Shown: positions 11,577-24,785 of the stretch, piece after piece
Layout of the letters: every line of letters begins with the position of its first letter
Position numbering within the stretch: position 1 is the stretch's first letter
Assembly: GCA_965202585.1 (NCBI GenBank)
Contig: OZ241830.1
Location: forward strand, 23,374,001 to 23,438,000
Direction of reading: 5' to 3'
From: Thalia democratica
Lineage: Eukaryota
Length of the DNA: 64,000 nucleotides
Position numbers and translations under genes: made by a program
The notes under the pieces: generated by a model
Database searches by the model: none
Told to the model about the DNA's origin: nothing
Seen by the model: only the letters and a program-made list of their open reading frames with translations

Positions 11577-12562
11577 CGTATTAACCAACAACCAAACGAT
11601 GCTAAATCGAATATTATCCACTTTTAAATGAGGGCACCATCAAATGATCAAGTTGTTCCACAGGCCAACCAACAAGAACGTGAAAACAAACAAGAACAAT
11701 TGAGTCGTGATAAAGTGGTTAGCTTTTTGATATTTCAAAACTATTTATTTTCTTCACAAAACTAAGTTTGTTCAAAATAACTAGGTTTTAAAGATTTTTA
11801 ATTTGTTTGCATGTTTGAAAGTAAATATAAGTGTGTCACTTTTGCTTGATTAACTGTTCATTTAACAGTTCAACTGTGGTGTAGTTTATGAAAATATAAA
11901 AATATAAAAAATGCGTTTCGTTCAAGACCTGAAGTTTACGAAGAATATATAAAGACTACGCGGAAGTTTTTAATAAAAAAGTAAGAAAAGTAAAATAAAT
12001 ATATTTTATTAGATATACAATATTGGAAATGAAAATTTCATATTTTAATTGTTTTAAATGAAAAAATGTAAAAAAGTAAATGTACAAAAAGTTAATTTTA
12101 ATAATTTAAATAAAAATTGCCCAAATAAACTGATTTTAACTTAATTATTTTTTGAGAAATTTAAAATTAATAAAATTAATTTATATTTAACTAACTTTTA
12201 AAGAATAACTTGTTTATTAATAAACAAATTTAAACAGATGAATCACTATAATTTACGTACAGTATTTCAAAAACTAGTTTTATAAAGTTTTAAAACCTTT
12301 TTGTAATTACTTTGTTTCCTCAAGAAAGTTATTTAAAACTTTGTAAGTCACAATTTTAACAAATTCTGTCAGTATTCAAACATTTTTGCTTATTGAAAAA
12401 CTTTTAGTTATTATATTTGCAGTAAAATAACCCAAATTAATTAAATGAAGGATTGGCGACATTGAATTCTACAAGCAGGTCTTACTACTTTTTCAAGGTC
12501 ACCCAGAGCGGATTACGCGTTTTAATTCATTTCTACCAAAAGGATTATCTATCCATGTTTGA
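11577..12562 (+). pseudogene. Sin3-type PAH module 2, disrupted (exons 11577/11628-11717, 11869-11980, ~12423/12451-12562)
   Basis: After removing an 8-bp tandem duplication (AAAAATAT, ~11898-11905), the exons read ...RDKV-FNCGVVYENIKNAFRSRPEVYEEYIKTTRKFLIK-KIGDIEFYKQVLLLFQGHPERITRFNSFLPKGLSIHV*, resembling Sin3 PAH (EFNHAINYVNKIKNRF..P.IY / LF.GHP..I..FN.FLP.G). Donors GTTAGC and GTAAGA. There is an in-frame TAA at 11625, and the stronger TGCAG acceptor at 12422 is out of frame. Confidence 0.65.
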
Positions 12563-15500
12563 CGATTTAAGTTTGAAATAAGTATTGTCAACCTAAATAA
12601 AATAGTAAATAAGTTATATTAAAGTTTATTACCTTAAGTAGAATAACTTTTGATTTATGTTCATTTGTGAAAGCTTAATTTCAAGTTTTGAAAGAACTTT
12701 TAATCAGAACATAAATTGTATTCGTACACTTTAAACAGATAATTTGTTTCACTAAAGTGTAATTTTGGTTTTGTCTTCTTGCGAGCTTAAGTTGATATTT
12801 TTAATCAACTTGTAATTCACATATATCTATAGTTAAAAAAGATATATATTAATTTGTCAAATTTTTATTTAAAAAAATGCATGACATAAAAAAGTTTAAA
12901 CTAACTGATACTCTTTTTAAATCGTATGATTAAACAATGCAAACCACGGAATTATCAGGAAGTAATTCTGCACGAACATTTTAACAATCTAGGAGAAGAA
13001 AACCGTTCTCAACTTCAAATCACGACATCTGATAGTGTTCACGTAATCTGGCAAAAACAACTAACAAGTGACAAAATAGAACAACATAACATTCAACAAT
13101 AATAACAATCTGTCTAATAATGTTCATCTACGAAACGTTATGTTTCCTTGTTTGTTCATTTGTAAACATTGAAATAGTTTTATACTTTACCAATTTTTGG
13201 TGCTTTCCAATTTTTGGTGCTTTCAAGAACAATATAAACATCTATTTAAAAGTTCTGTTAAATGATTAAGAGTAAGAAAATGTAATGCTTTAATCTAAGA
13301 CTGTATTTGTTGTTGTTTTAAGATATGATACGGATACGCATCATTTCAGTTATGTATGTTTTTATGTTTTCTATAGCAGTATTTTGATAACTTACAATTT
13401 TTTTAATGTTTGTTGTTGCATCAGCTGTTTTATTTAATGCACTCAAATAGTTATACTACTAATATTTTGTTTTATTATTTCTTATTAACTGTATTATACT
13501 TAATATAAGTTTTCCTTTGTAATACACTTCGTAATTTTTGTATCTTTATAAAAATAAATAAAATCTGCTCGTATTATTGTCTTATTAATAACTTTAAGAT
13601 TACTTTTATCATATACTAATTTAGAGTTTAATGACAGCCAAATTTTCTTAAAAACCGAAAACGCAATAAAATTAAAGCAAATACAACTTCTAAATTATAA
13701 GATAAAGCTACTTGTTGTTTTAAGTAACCAGTTTTACTGATTTTTACGTTTTTGTTTTGAACGGGAAACAATGTTTCGAAACTAACTTTAAGACAAAAAT
13801 CTAATTCTTTCAAATAAGTAATTGAATTTGTTGATAGTTTTTTAAGGGGCCTTTCACATTGATACCTAGTTTATTAATTAGAGGTAAAAATTTAAATCAT
13901 GATTATGAACTTGGAACAATGTTTAGCTAATGTAGATTTATCTACTTGTACATAAAGCTATTTTCTACATTTAATTAAAACTTTGCTTGCATGTTCTTCA
14001 TCAACTTTATTAATTTATTTTGCACGTATATGTCGTAAATTTTAAATTAGCGAAATACAGTATGGTACAAAATTGTAGCCAAGAAAAATTAAGCCAAAAA
14101 ATACCCTAATTAACAGGATCAATTTTAGACTGTACCTTTTACAACTTATTAAACTACACTTATTTATATTTTGGCAATATGTTTTGTTTCGAGTTGGTGG
14201 CAAAACAATGTACATAATGGCTAAACTATTATTGGGTAGTAAAATATAAGGATAAAAGTCAATAAATACCCTTTGGTATTGGTAAAACAATCTAATTTAT
14301 AAACAGATCACAGAAAATATAAAACTTTTACTTTTTTTTTTGCTAAATATGAATGTAGTTTAAAAAAGGTTATTTTCAAATACTTCGTCAATTAAAGTAT
14401 ATAAAATTATTACTATTTGAGAAAATATAGTTCAGTTAGAAAAAATTTAATGTTATAATCTTAAACCTTGTTCTATGTGTTTTATTTAAACTTAAAAAAT
14501 ACTATGTTTGATAAACACTGTCAAACATTTTTGTTAAAATGCCGTTAAATTAAATAGATTTACAATGTGGAACATGGTTTTTGCATTCTATCTGCATTAT
14601 AACCTGAAAAAATAAAATATATTTTGTTTTTTGCAAATAGAATAGATTAGAAATATTAAAAACTATTTGTGGCAAACCGAAAATAATGACAAAGAAATAA
14701 AGAATTATGTAGTAATATTGCACCACAAGAACCTATAACTAATTTATCAACTCTCGAATATTTAGCGAGACTTAATAAAATAACTCTTATAAAGAGTTGT
14801 CAGTTTGTGATGCATAACCTATACACAGAATATCTTTTTAATTCGAAAACCTATTTTTTTTATAATTTCTTTTATAAAAGTTTGAAAACACAAGTTTAAA
14901 GGACAAATTGGTACTTACTGCTGGTGCTCATAGTAGATTGAGGTTTTTGTAGCCAATGCTTGCAGTAATGAAATTAAGAAAGATGCTTAACACTTTTATT
15001 AGTTTTAATATTGCTTTTTACATTTATGTGACAATCGTAGGGTATGTAAATGTCAGTTGCACTGTTTTTTTTATCTAAATTTTGAATGGCTTTCTAAGTC
15101 TTTTCATTACGTTGTTTAAATAATTGGCTACGCAAACTTAAATTGCACTATTTGTTTTTTTCAGTAAATAAATAATTTCTAATATGCTTGTTTTATATAT
15201 TGGTATTGTTCTATTTGTACGTTCATAAATTATTTTCTACTTCCTTTAGTTTTTATTTTATTACATTTGATACGATAAAACTTCTTTTGTACATAATTTG
15301 TTTGAATTATTACTTTTAGGTTTGTTGCACTTCGTTTGTTCGGCTAAACAGTGCCGGCAGTTCGTACCTAGGAAGTGTGGGTTAGTGTACTTGGTTTAAA
15401 GTCCCAATGGACGAAAATTTAAAACTGATATTCATAAAGTGCTACACAAAGGTCTACTAAATTGATATTGCCTACTGAGGGTAACATTTACATGCTAGGA

Positions 15501-15959
15501 ATTTTTTTTTTTGAATATAATGTTATACTTAACTTTTTAAATCGTTACAAACCAGTTTAGTACTACTTTTTCACTTTTAAATATGCTCTAAGTTTTACCA
15601 AAATAGTATTTTGTTTATGTTTTCTATCCATATTTAAATTAACCATTTTTGTTTAAGATAGAACTTTTGTTTTGTTGCCAATAAAAGTATTTAAAGTAAA
15701 TCGGATTATAACCCTGTTTTAATGGGTCTCGATTTAAGAAACCTGCATACTTAAGTAACTGTTATAATTCTAAACAAAAATAGTCCTAAGCCGCCAAAAA
15801 CTTTACTAATTAGGATTTTGAAAAACAACAAAACGCTAAATTAAAACCATATGCACTAATTAAGTAGTTTAATAATAAATAAGTAAAATTTTTATCACAA
15901 CATTTTCATACAACTTTTTTAATTCAATTTTTTTTATAGGCAAATTATATAGTTATATG

Positions 15960-16125
15960 CTTTCGTTTTAAATTTCTGAAAACAAGCTTCACATAAAAAG
16001 GATGTAATACAAATTGATTGCTTTTTCTATTGGTTTTTATACGCAAGAAGCTAAAATAATGAAAAAGGGTTAAAACTGCTTAAGCAGCGCCGAAATCTTT
16101 TCATACAATTAAACTTGAGTGCAAC
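15960..16125 (+). promoter_or_regulatory. Conserved proximal upstream region of Ly6 copy 1
   Basis: Motifs GGATGTAAT.CAAATTGATT, ATTGG (reverse CCAAT), TTAAG(C/T)AGCGCCGAA and TGCAAC-ATG are shared with the upstream regions of the other two copies. Confidence 0.55.
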
Positions 16126-16554
16126 ATGAACTTCTTAGTAATTCTCACATTTTGCTCGAGCTGCTTATTTGTCAGTTGTGCCGGTTTAAGATGCTACGAA
16201 GGCAGAAACATAGGGTTCGAATCGAATGAAACCATCGAAGAGTGCAGCGACCCTTACATGGACTTTTGTGTAACTGCCACATTCAGGAACGGCGAAGTGC
16301 CAAAGTACACGTGCGGGGAGCAGGAGTTTTGCACGACGAAACGCTGCTACAACACCGACTACTGCAAGGAACCGGGCACCTTCGAACGTGACTACCTCAG
16401 AAAGGACAACGTGAAGTTCACGATGACTTGCTGCGACACGGATTTGTGCAACGATGAAAATATTCCAAGTTCAGCAAAATCTCTTGACAAAATTTGTTTC
16501 AGCTGTTTATTTTACATAAGTCTTTTTATTTGTTCGTATTTTGTTATATTTTAA
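16126..16554 (+). CDS. Ly6/uPAR (three-finger, LU domain) protein, predicted GPI-anchored, copy 1, 142 aa, intronless
   Basis: Hydrophobic signal peptide ending CAG|LRCYE; 10 Cys ending in the canonical CCDTDLCN; small-residue omega region (SSA) and a hydrophobic C-terminal tail without a cytoplasmic segment; AATAAA at 16676. Confidence 0.95.
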   Translation: MNFLVILTFCSSCLFVSCAGLRCYEGRNIGFESNETIEECSDPYMDFCVTATFRNGEVPKYTCGEQEFCTTKRCYNTDYCKEPGTFERDYLRKDNVKFTMTCCDTDLCNDENIPSSAKSLDKICFSCLFYISLFICSYFVIF

Positions 16555-19500
16555 ACTTGTTTTTGCTTTTCAACTGGTCATTTTTAAAAACATCAATAAC
16601 AATTTATTAAAACAACTTCAAAGTACCGGACATTAAAATATTCTATAACAATATGAGTAGAGCAGTTAAAGATTTAATAAACAAGTTTTCAATCAATACA
16701 AAAGTTTATAGTTATATAACCGGTAAAAAATAACATTATACTAATTTAGATTTTAGCAGATTGAAACTTTGTATGCATAGCGAGGTGAATTTTTAAAATT
16801 TTTCATGACTTTAAAAGATTAAACTCAAATACTCAAAAAACTTTTATTTTCATTCAACAAACTATGTTAGAATAAGTTGAGCAGATATTTTTGACTTTAA
16901 GTTTGTTTTTCACACGTATTGTTGATGTTTCAATTTTATACAAGTATGTTTTAATAAATATGAAGCAATAAATAAACGACCATAATTTCAACTTAATAAA
17001 TTATTTATTTCAAAATCTTAAATTTAGGCATATCTATTGAATAGTTTCCTTTAATATTGTATACTAATGTTTTGATACGTTTCATTATTTTTAAAGGGAA
17101 ACAAGTCACACAGTAAACAAATTTTCTTAATAATCTATAATTGAAAGTATTTGATAGTATTTGATTTTATAATAGTCTAAGTTTGTGACTGTTGAATTTT
17201 CAAAAAAAAACAGAGAAAGTTCTTAAAAAATAAAAATTGTTAAACTTTATGTAGTAGCTCTTATAAAATGTGTTTGCTCTATGCATTTTTTATCATAAAT
17301 ACCTTTGTTTTAGAAATACAAATAAAGCAAATTAAACATATATTTTAATTATTTTTGCTTTTAACAGCTTGTAGATGTTTATAAGAAATAAAATATTAAA
17401 TTTTAGTGATAAAAAATAACTCTTAATACTGTTTTTTTAAATTTTTTTAACAAAATTTTAAAATAGATTCAATAGAGTGTTTTTGGAACATTTTTTGGCT
17501 AATAATTTTTAGAGTGTTTCTTAAAATCTAGTAAATAAAAGTGTTTCCTGGCATAAGAGGACCATGTTCTATTATTTTTTAATCTACTAAGTCTAACGAT
17601 TTAAAAAACATTGTCATATATAAAACTTGCTCGTGCCAGATACTTTTATTTTAAAAAGTTTACTAGAATATTATTAAAAAAAAAAAAAAATTTCAACAAT
17701 ATTTTTTTTCAATTTTAATTTTTTATTTTTTATTTGACAGTTAGTTAAAATATTTTTCAATAATGAAAAGTAATAAGATACTTTAATGTTAAAGTCGTTT
17801 TTTAATATATATTTATTTTAAAAGGCAACAAATTTTTAACTAATCAAAAACCCTTAAAGCCACTTCGTGCCAACTAATATAACTTATGTTGTATATGAAA
17901 TTGTTTAGTTTGCAGCACTATATGCGCTATAACTTTGGCTTTCTACCCACAAATTTTAAAGAGATTATCTATTTTGTTTTTTGCTATTTCCAGTTGCGGG
18001 CTCACTGTGTGTAACGAAAGCCCGGAACGTCACTTTTGCACGAACTTTAACCGTTACAATTTGTAATAATTTTGCACGAGCTGTTATAAATTAGTTTTTC
18101 GTAAAACGTTGGTTTCAAATAAATTTAAAATAGTTTACTAATCGTTTTCAAATTGGACTTTTCTGATCAATTTTTGATAAGTTCGCGCGAAATTGACGTT
18201 TGAGTTTCTGACACCTACCCATTTAAAAAAGTAGGTATAAGTTTAACATTCTATTTTTAATTATTTCCGTTATAACTTTTTAAGTAGCACAAACAATTAC
18301 TACATCTGCTTTATTTTCAATTTTTTACTTACTAACAATTTGAACTTGTTATCTATTTTAACTTAATATGAATAAAAAGAACGACTAAGCCTAATAAAAT
18401 ATTAAATATAAACTTAAATTTTTATGTGCTCATACTATTGTAAAATTTAATGAATACTTTTTAAAGTTTGGTATCTACTAGTTTAATTACAGTAAGTTAC
18501 AAAGATAAAACATTAAAGTATTCATTTTGATGATATTTACAAAAATTAAAATAGTACCTATAACAAAGTATTTCAAGGTTGAAGTTTAGATGTTGTTATT
18601 GAAAATTTACCACAGTATTTTATTACTTCGTTATCATTAAAAAAAAAGTAGAATTTAAAATGTTTTTTAACAATAAACATTAAACAACTTACCTTGAAAA
18701 ATTAAAAAATATAAAATTTTTAGTTGAATGTATTGTTTCTAAAATTTATTATTGTACTATATAGTATTTTGTAAAACTTAGCAAACGTAATAAAGTACTT
18801 TAAAATTTATTTTGAATTACGTTTATTGTCTCATAATATTGTCCATTAAATGTAATTAAATGTTATAAAATGTATTTTCTTTAACTAGTCTACGAAAACC
18901 ACAGTTTGATTTATGCTATAAGAGGAAAATAACTTGCAATCAAAAGCTTATAAAAGTTTTAACGAAAACTATGAAATAAAACTAAACTATCGTTTCAAAT
19001 CTTAAGTTTTCCAGTAAAATTTTCAATTAAATACGGATTATCTAACTTTCACAAGCATAATCATATTTAATTATGTAATTAATTTTTTACCGGAAAATTT
19101 AAGCTTTAAAACGATTGTTTAGTTTTATTTCGTATGACAGTCTTCGTTAAAATTTTTACAAGCATTTGCTATAATTAATTAACGTGTTACAAGTTATGTA
19201 AATCTTTTACTCGAAGTTTAAATTTAGTAAAAACCTAATATATATCTAGTATGCACATAATGAAATATAAAAGTTTAATTTAATAAGTTTTTTAAAGTAA
19301 TTCCGATTAAGCTATGCAACTTCATGAAAATTATCAGAAAATTACGTGATAGTGATTAGGAAAAAATATTTTCAATACAAATTTTTCTTAGAAGTCTACT
19401 AAAAATGCCGCGGGCCGGATATATTGATTAAACACAAATTTGTATTAAATTGATATTTTCTAATTGCTATCACGTACAAAACAAAAAAAAACAAACTAAT

Positions 19501-20739
19501 AGGACACTCGAAAAACACATTTGTTTGAAAAAGTTTTTTTTTTTTAAGTTTGTTCTCAAAATGAAAACTACATATCACGCCAAAGGTTTCTGCTTAGCGA
19601 GATGGGTCCAAACAATAGGCTGTATGTTGCCCGTTTTTAACTTACGATTATATTCAATTTAATAATTCAATGAAGTTGGATAAACGTGTCTGTTTCACAT
19701 ATCTCAGTTCAATCAACTTTATAGAATAAAGGTGGACAACATACGAACTGCAGGTAAAATTCGGCTAGCGAATATATTTTTAATGATCATGGAATATTTC
19801 CTAGTTTATCTTAAAACAAATATGCGCTAAAATGTTAAAAATCAAGTTGATAAGTTTTCCCTAAAACCATTTTCTCTATATCTCTATGGCTAAAAATAAT
19901 CATAGGCCACTTTCATTATATATAAAATTATAGTAAACACGGTACTTACTTACTTTAAAGGTACATGTTTAAAAAAATTAAATAAAAAATCTGCCATAAG
20001 TTTAATGAAACAAATTGTTACTAAGCTACTGCTATGCAAATTATTCAAGTCTAATATACTTAAGTTGAGCTACTACATCTGTTCAATTTATTTTCCAAGG
20101 TCAGCAAAACCTCTAAACTGATTGAATAAAAAAAAATACATACACACTTCAATACAGGTTAACATGAATTATGCCAGGACTTGTTATTTTTCAAAGATAA
20201 GGTTTTACTAAACTCGTTAAAAGTATTTTAATATAAGTTTGTTAAAATACAATTTAGTACTATCTTTTTTTATTAATTTATTATTTATAATATTATTTTA
20301 TATTTATTTAATATTTATTTATTAATATTTTAATTTATTTTATTAACCAAAGTCTAAATCAAATAGTTTTTTTTATTTTTAACTTTTCTGTATATTTAAT
20401 TCAACAATTTTATTTTACAGTAGAACAGTTGTTTTGATGCTAGTAAAAGTATTTAAAGTTATTCGGATGCTAACCCTGTTTTAATTGTTTCGATTTGAAA
20501 ATCGTGCATACTTGAATAACCGTTGTAATTCAAAACAATAACAGTCTTAAAAAACCTTTACCTAAACCGCAAAAAACTTTTAAAAAAATGTTGGAAATAT
20601 AACAAAACGCCAACTACAAACCATAAACACTAATTTAATAATTTGATGAAAATAAATAATATATATGACAACATTAACATATAGCTTTTTTAAATTCAAA
20701 TTATTTTATACACAAATTATAAGGTTATATGTTAATGTT

Positions 20740-20888
20740 TTAAATTCCTGAAAATAAGCTTCACAAAACGAGGATGTAATGCAAATTGATTATTTTTCAA
20801 TTGGTTATTATACGCAAAAAGCTATTATAATGAAAAAGGGATTAAACTGTTTAAGTAGCGCCGAAACTAGTTTAAACTTCAGTGCAAC
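20740..20888 (+). promoter_or_regulatory. Conserved proximal upstream region of Ly6 copy 2
   Basis: Closely similar to 15960-16125; the homology extends back to ~20410 versus ~15650. Confidence 0.55.
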
Positions 20889-21314
20889 ATGAAGTTATTA
20901 CTAATTCTCACATTTTGTTCAACCTATTTATTTGTCAGTTGTGCTGGTTTGAAGTGCTATGAAGCCAGCAACATAGATTTATATCCATTAAACTTAACGA
21001 TCGAAGAATGTATATCGGATTCCTCGTATTTCTGCGCAACTTCTACTATCAGAAACGGCGAAGTTCCATATCAAACGTGTGGAGATGAAGAGTTTTGTAC
21101 ATCAAAAGGTTGTATTGATTCCATATTTTGTACAAATACAGGAACCTACGAACATAATTATCCTGGATATCAAAATGTGAAATTCACAATCACTTGTTGT
21201 GATACAGATTTGTGCAACGTCGAAAGTTCAGCCAAAACTTTATACAGAATTAGTTTTGTATTTTATTTTACATGTGTGTTTTTGTTATTTCTATTCAATT
21301 TATTTGTAAATTAA
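20889..21314 (+). CDS. Ly6/uPAR three-finger protein, predicted GPI-anchored, copy 2, 141 aa, intronless
   Basis: Same architecture as copy 1: signal peptide, LKCYE, 10 Cys, CCDTDLCN, SSA omega region, hydrophobic tail; AATAAA at 21387. Confidence 0.95.
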   Translation: MKLLLILTFCSTYLFVSCAGLKCYEASNIDLYPLNLTIEECISDSSYFCATSTIRNGEVPYQTCGDEEFCTSKGCIDSIFCTNTGTYEHNYPGYQNVKFTITCCDTDLCNVESSAKTLYRISFVFYFTCVFLLFLFNLFVN

Positions 21315-22359
21315 GTTTTGTTTAAGTACTGACCAATTTATTTTCCTACAATCAACAAAAACGTTTGAACCTGATTTAAAACACGAAATAAAACAGTTTA
21401 TGTTAAGTATTGTACTTTATTAACAGTACAAGCAGGTAAGGAGATTACTTATTAGATGATAAAGTAATAAAAATACATTTAAAAAATAGTAAAAAGTTAT
21501 AATAGTTTTTTCTGCTTTATTAGCTACGTTTAGTTTGTATTCATAATCCAATAAACATTTCATAACTATGAACAGATTTATTGAGATTCAGAATTTTGCA
21601 ACTTGCTTTTTGTTGAAAAACTAAACAAAGATACTTTAAAACTTTTGTTTTTATTGATTATACTACACGATAATTAATCGAGTAAAACTACTTGATTTTA
21701 AATTTTGCTTTTAAAAGTATTATTAAATAATTTAAATAAAAAGTAAAGTTCAAAGTATAAGGATGTTCGTTGCACTATATTTTGTTAAAACTTATTAAGT
21801 ACTTCGAAACATAACAAGAATACACATACAAAGTATAATTCAAACTTAAAAGAATTTTTTTAACTAAAATGCATCTAAAATGTTTAGCAATAAATAAACA
21901 AACACAGTTTCACATACGTGGCTTATAAAACTGTTGATCAAAAGTTTTGATACTTCTTTATAAAAGTTTATGTTTTCTTTTTCGTACCAAGGCCACCAAT
22001 GTTCGATTAACTACATTATATAAATTTCAGGAACAATTTATAACTTTTTAAGTCATATGGCTCTTTCAGCTGCTTCTGCTGTAATTTTTAAATAATTCAG
22101 ACAATTGTTTACGTTTTTTTTTTGTTTTCAATTTGTAAAGGTATCGTAATTTTGAGATTTAACAAGGTTGAAAATTATGAATTATAAAATTAATTTAAAA
22201 ACAAGTTTTTAATAAAATATTTATTTAATATTTTATCCGCACAAATTCTGTAAACACGAATGCATATTTTTGAAGGTCTGCTGTCTACTTGTATAATTAT
22301 AATTACTTATTCAGCCATTCTGATGGTGTTAACTAAAAAAAAAAATAATTGTTTATTAA

Positions 22360-22475
22360 ATGACAAATAAAAGCGCTCAAAATGTTTGGTCCTAAGACCT
22401 GGTGCACGAAAAAAAAATTTCGGTTATCAAGTCGCACACCACTTGGATACCTTTTAACGTCTTGTCCAGGACATT
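22360..22475 (+). repeat. Short interspersed repeat family, copy A
   Basis: CGCTCAAAA..TT.GTCC.A.GA(C/T)CTGG.G.A.GAAAAA...GTTATC(A/G)AGT is also found at ~51945-52034 and ~60390-60505. Confidence 0.65.
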
Positions 22476-23642
22476 TAATTGAATTTACCACAAGAGAATT
22501 TGAGTATTAAGCTTAGATAGTGTTAGTTATTGAAAAATAAATACAGCATTTTGTTCACATTTTCAACATACTACTTCAAAATAAAAACAAAGGATTGTTT
22601 TATATTTCAAATGTAGAACATATTTAGAGATTAAAAAAAATATACTTAGAAATTTTTTCAACTGCAACACCTGTATAATGTAAAAACAATATTTTAGTTA
22701 TATTTTTTTTTAGAATACTCTAATATATAGTATTTATTAGAATTTTTTATAGTAAACGTACTTAAATATTAAAAAATAACTTGGTTATTTTTTTTCGTGT
22801 AACAATATTTGCATTAAACGTAATTGAATAAAACGAATTTTAAATTGTTAGTTTAGCTAAAGTAGAGTTTGATCTTAAATGATAAAGAAATTTGTAAAAA
22901 GAGTAAAAATCTAAATAATTTTTTGAAATATAATTTATATGACAACAAACCGAATCATTACTCATAAACTTTCAAAACTTAAAAGAACCATATAAGACCA
23001 TAGTTCATTTTTATGATAGTTTACTTACTATGCGTCTTTATGGCATAAACTATGTTTTCTTTATTTAAAAGTTACCACGTCTAGAACTTTGAACTCGTAT
23101 CTTAATTTTAAAATACAGCTAAGTAGTGTTTTGTAATGTTACATCTACTTGTCTATTATTATATAAAACAGATCAAACTTATAATAATTAGTATTAACAC
23201 ATTTATGTTTTGGTTGTTATTTGGTATTCCGCATCTAAAAACAAATTTGAATAAACATTTTCATGATTATATTCAACAATGGATTTAAAAGATTTATTTA
23301 AAGTGTATTAAAGCATAAATAATATAAATTACCTTCTGCTAAAACCTTCTAAATTAACATAAAGTTAATAAGATTGTCCGACACATATAAATCAATTAGA
23401 TTTACAGTATATTTCTAGATTTAATTAATGTAAATAGTACTTTTTAAGTAATTCCTGCTTTTGTGTGTTTTTTTAAACTATCAAAGCAAAAATTTATTAA
23501 TTAACTGCTAATTTTTTATTGTTTTTATAAAGTTGCTAGTAAAAAAAAGGTTTTGTCACATCAACTTTAAATATAATTGTGTATTAAACGAACTTTAAAA
23601 AATAAATTTAAAATGTTGATTGTTCTTTGTCTGTTTATACAG

Positions 23643-24785
23643 ACTGAATTTGGATGATTTTAGCAGCACTTTAATACAAAAGCTAAAGCCATTAGTGAAA
23701 ACTTATGAACGTTTTGTTAGCAGAAGTATACATTAAGTCATGATTTAAATGAGTTAATGGAAAAATAATTTAAAAGTGTTTAATATCACTCTAAAATGTG
23801 AATAAGTGTCAGAAAGTTCTGTATTAGATAAAACGTACCAGTTAATTCGTAAATTAAAACTGTAAAACGTATAACTGTATGATTTCGAATTTAGCTGGAT
23901 TTTTTTTTTTAATTTTAAAGTTCTTAATTTTTTGTTGTAAAGCATTATTTTTATTCATTAATTACAGTCTTTTTCCGAGGTTAAGTTTTTTGAAATACTT
24001 AAAATAGTTTGTTTCTGCAGCAATAAAACTCATAGATGAACTGAGTTTAGAGTTTTAGTCAATAGTTGTCCACATATCTTAAATAGACTCGTGTAAGATT
24101 ATATTTTCATACGACTTATTATAAAGTTACTTAAATCTGCACTGTAATGCACAAAATCGTTTAAGTGCATTCAAACTTTTGTGAGTCGATTAAAATCACA
24201 TGCTGAAACGATCTTGGATTGTATATAGAAAAATAATTTCAATTTGTTTAGTTTAATCAAAAGTTCACTACTGTGTTTTACAAAATTTATTAAATACATT
24301 AATATATTGAAAGTATTGATCACAGCATACACAACAAAATTTTAATTGCTTGAACGACTACGTGCTAATTTCGTTTAAACTAAAATATGTTTAACAAAAA
24401 CTAATGCTAAGAATAGCAGTTAAAACTAAGCTACTTATAAAAACATTAAAATGCGTACTTACAAGGTATATGGAAAATATAAAGTTTTATTTCAAATTTA
24501 GTATATACCGCTTTACACTGTAGGAATAGATACATGTAGATAAAATTTCATCTGTAAATGTTTTAACTCTAGTCTAAATTGCAGCAGCATGTTAGCTAAA
24601 AGAAATGGATTATAAGATATTTAGAAAAATATGTTTAAATTTAGATAAATTGACAGTTGTTCATGACCACAAATCTTGATTAATAGAAGGGCTTCAATCA
24701 AAAAACCTAATAAATTAGTTATATCATTGTGTATTAAACGATATTATGAAAAGGGAAACCATAGGTTGTACGGATTACGACTAAA
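23643..24785 (+). pseudogene. Possible decayed coding remnant (unidentified gene or transposon)
   Basis: Several patches read as protein-like text in one frame with scattered stops (LNLDDFSSTLIQKLKPLVKTYERFVSRSIH; SYLNLHCNAQNRLSAFKLL; LIEGLQSKNLIN*LYHCVLNDIMKRETIGC). No family recognised. Confidence 0.22.

Noticed and set aside
17990-18062. Exon-like patch after a TTTCCAG acceptor with a CGGGCT...AGCCCG inverted repeat
   Set aside because: No partner exons found, two frames equally open, and no recognisable RNA motif.
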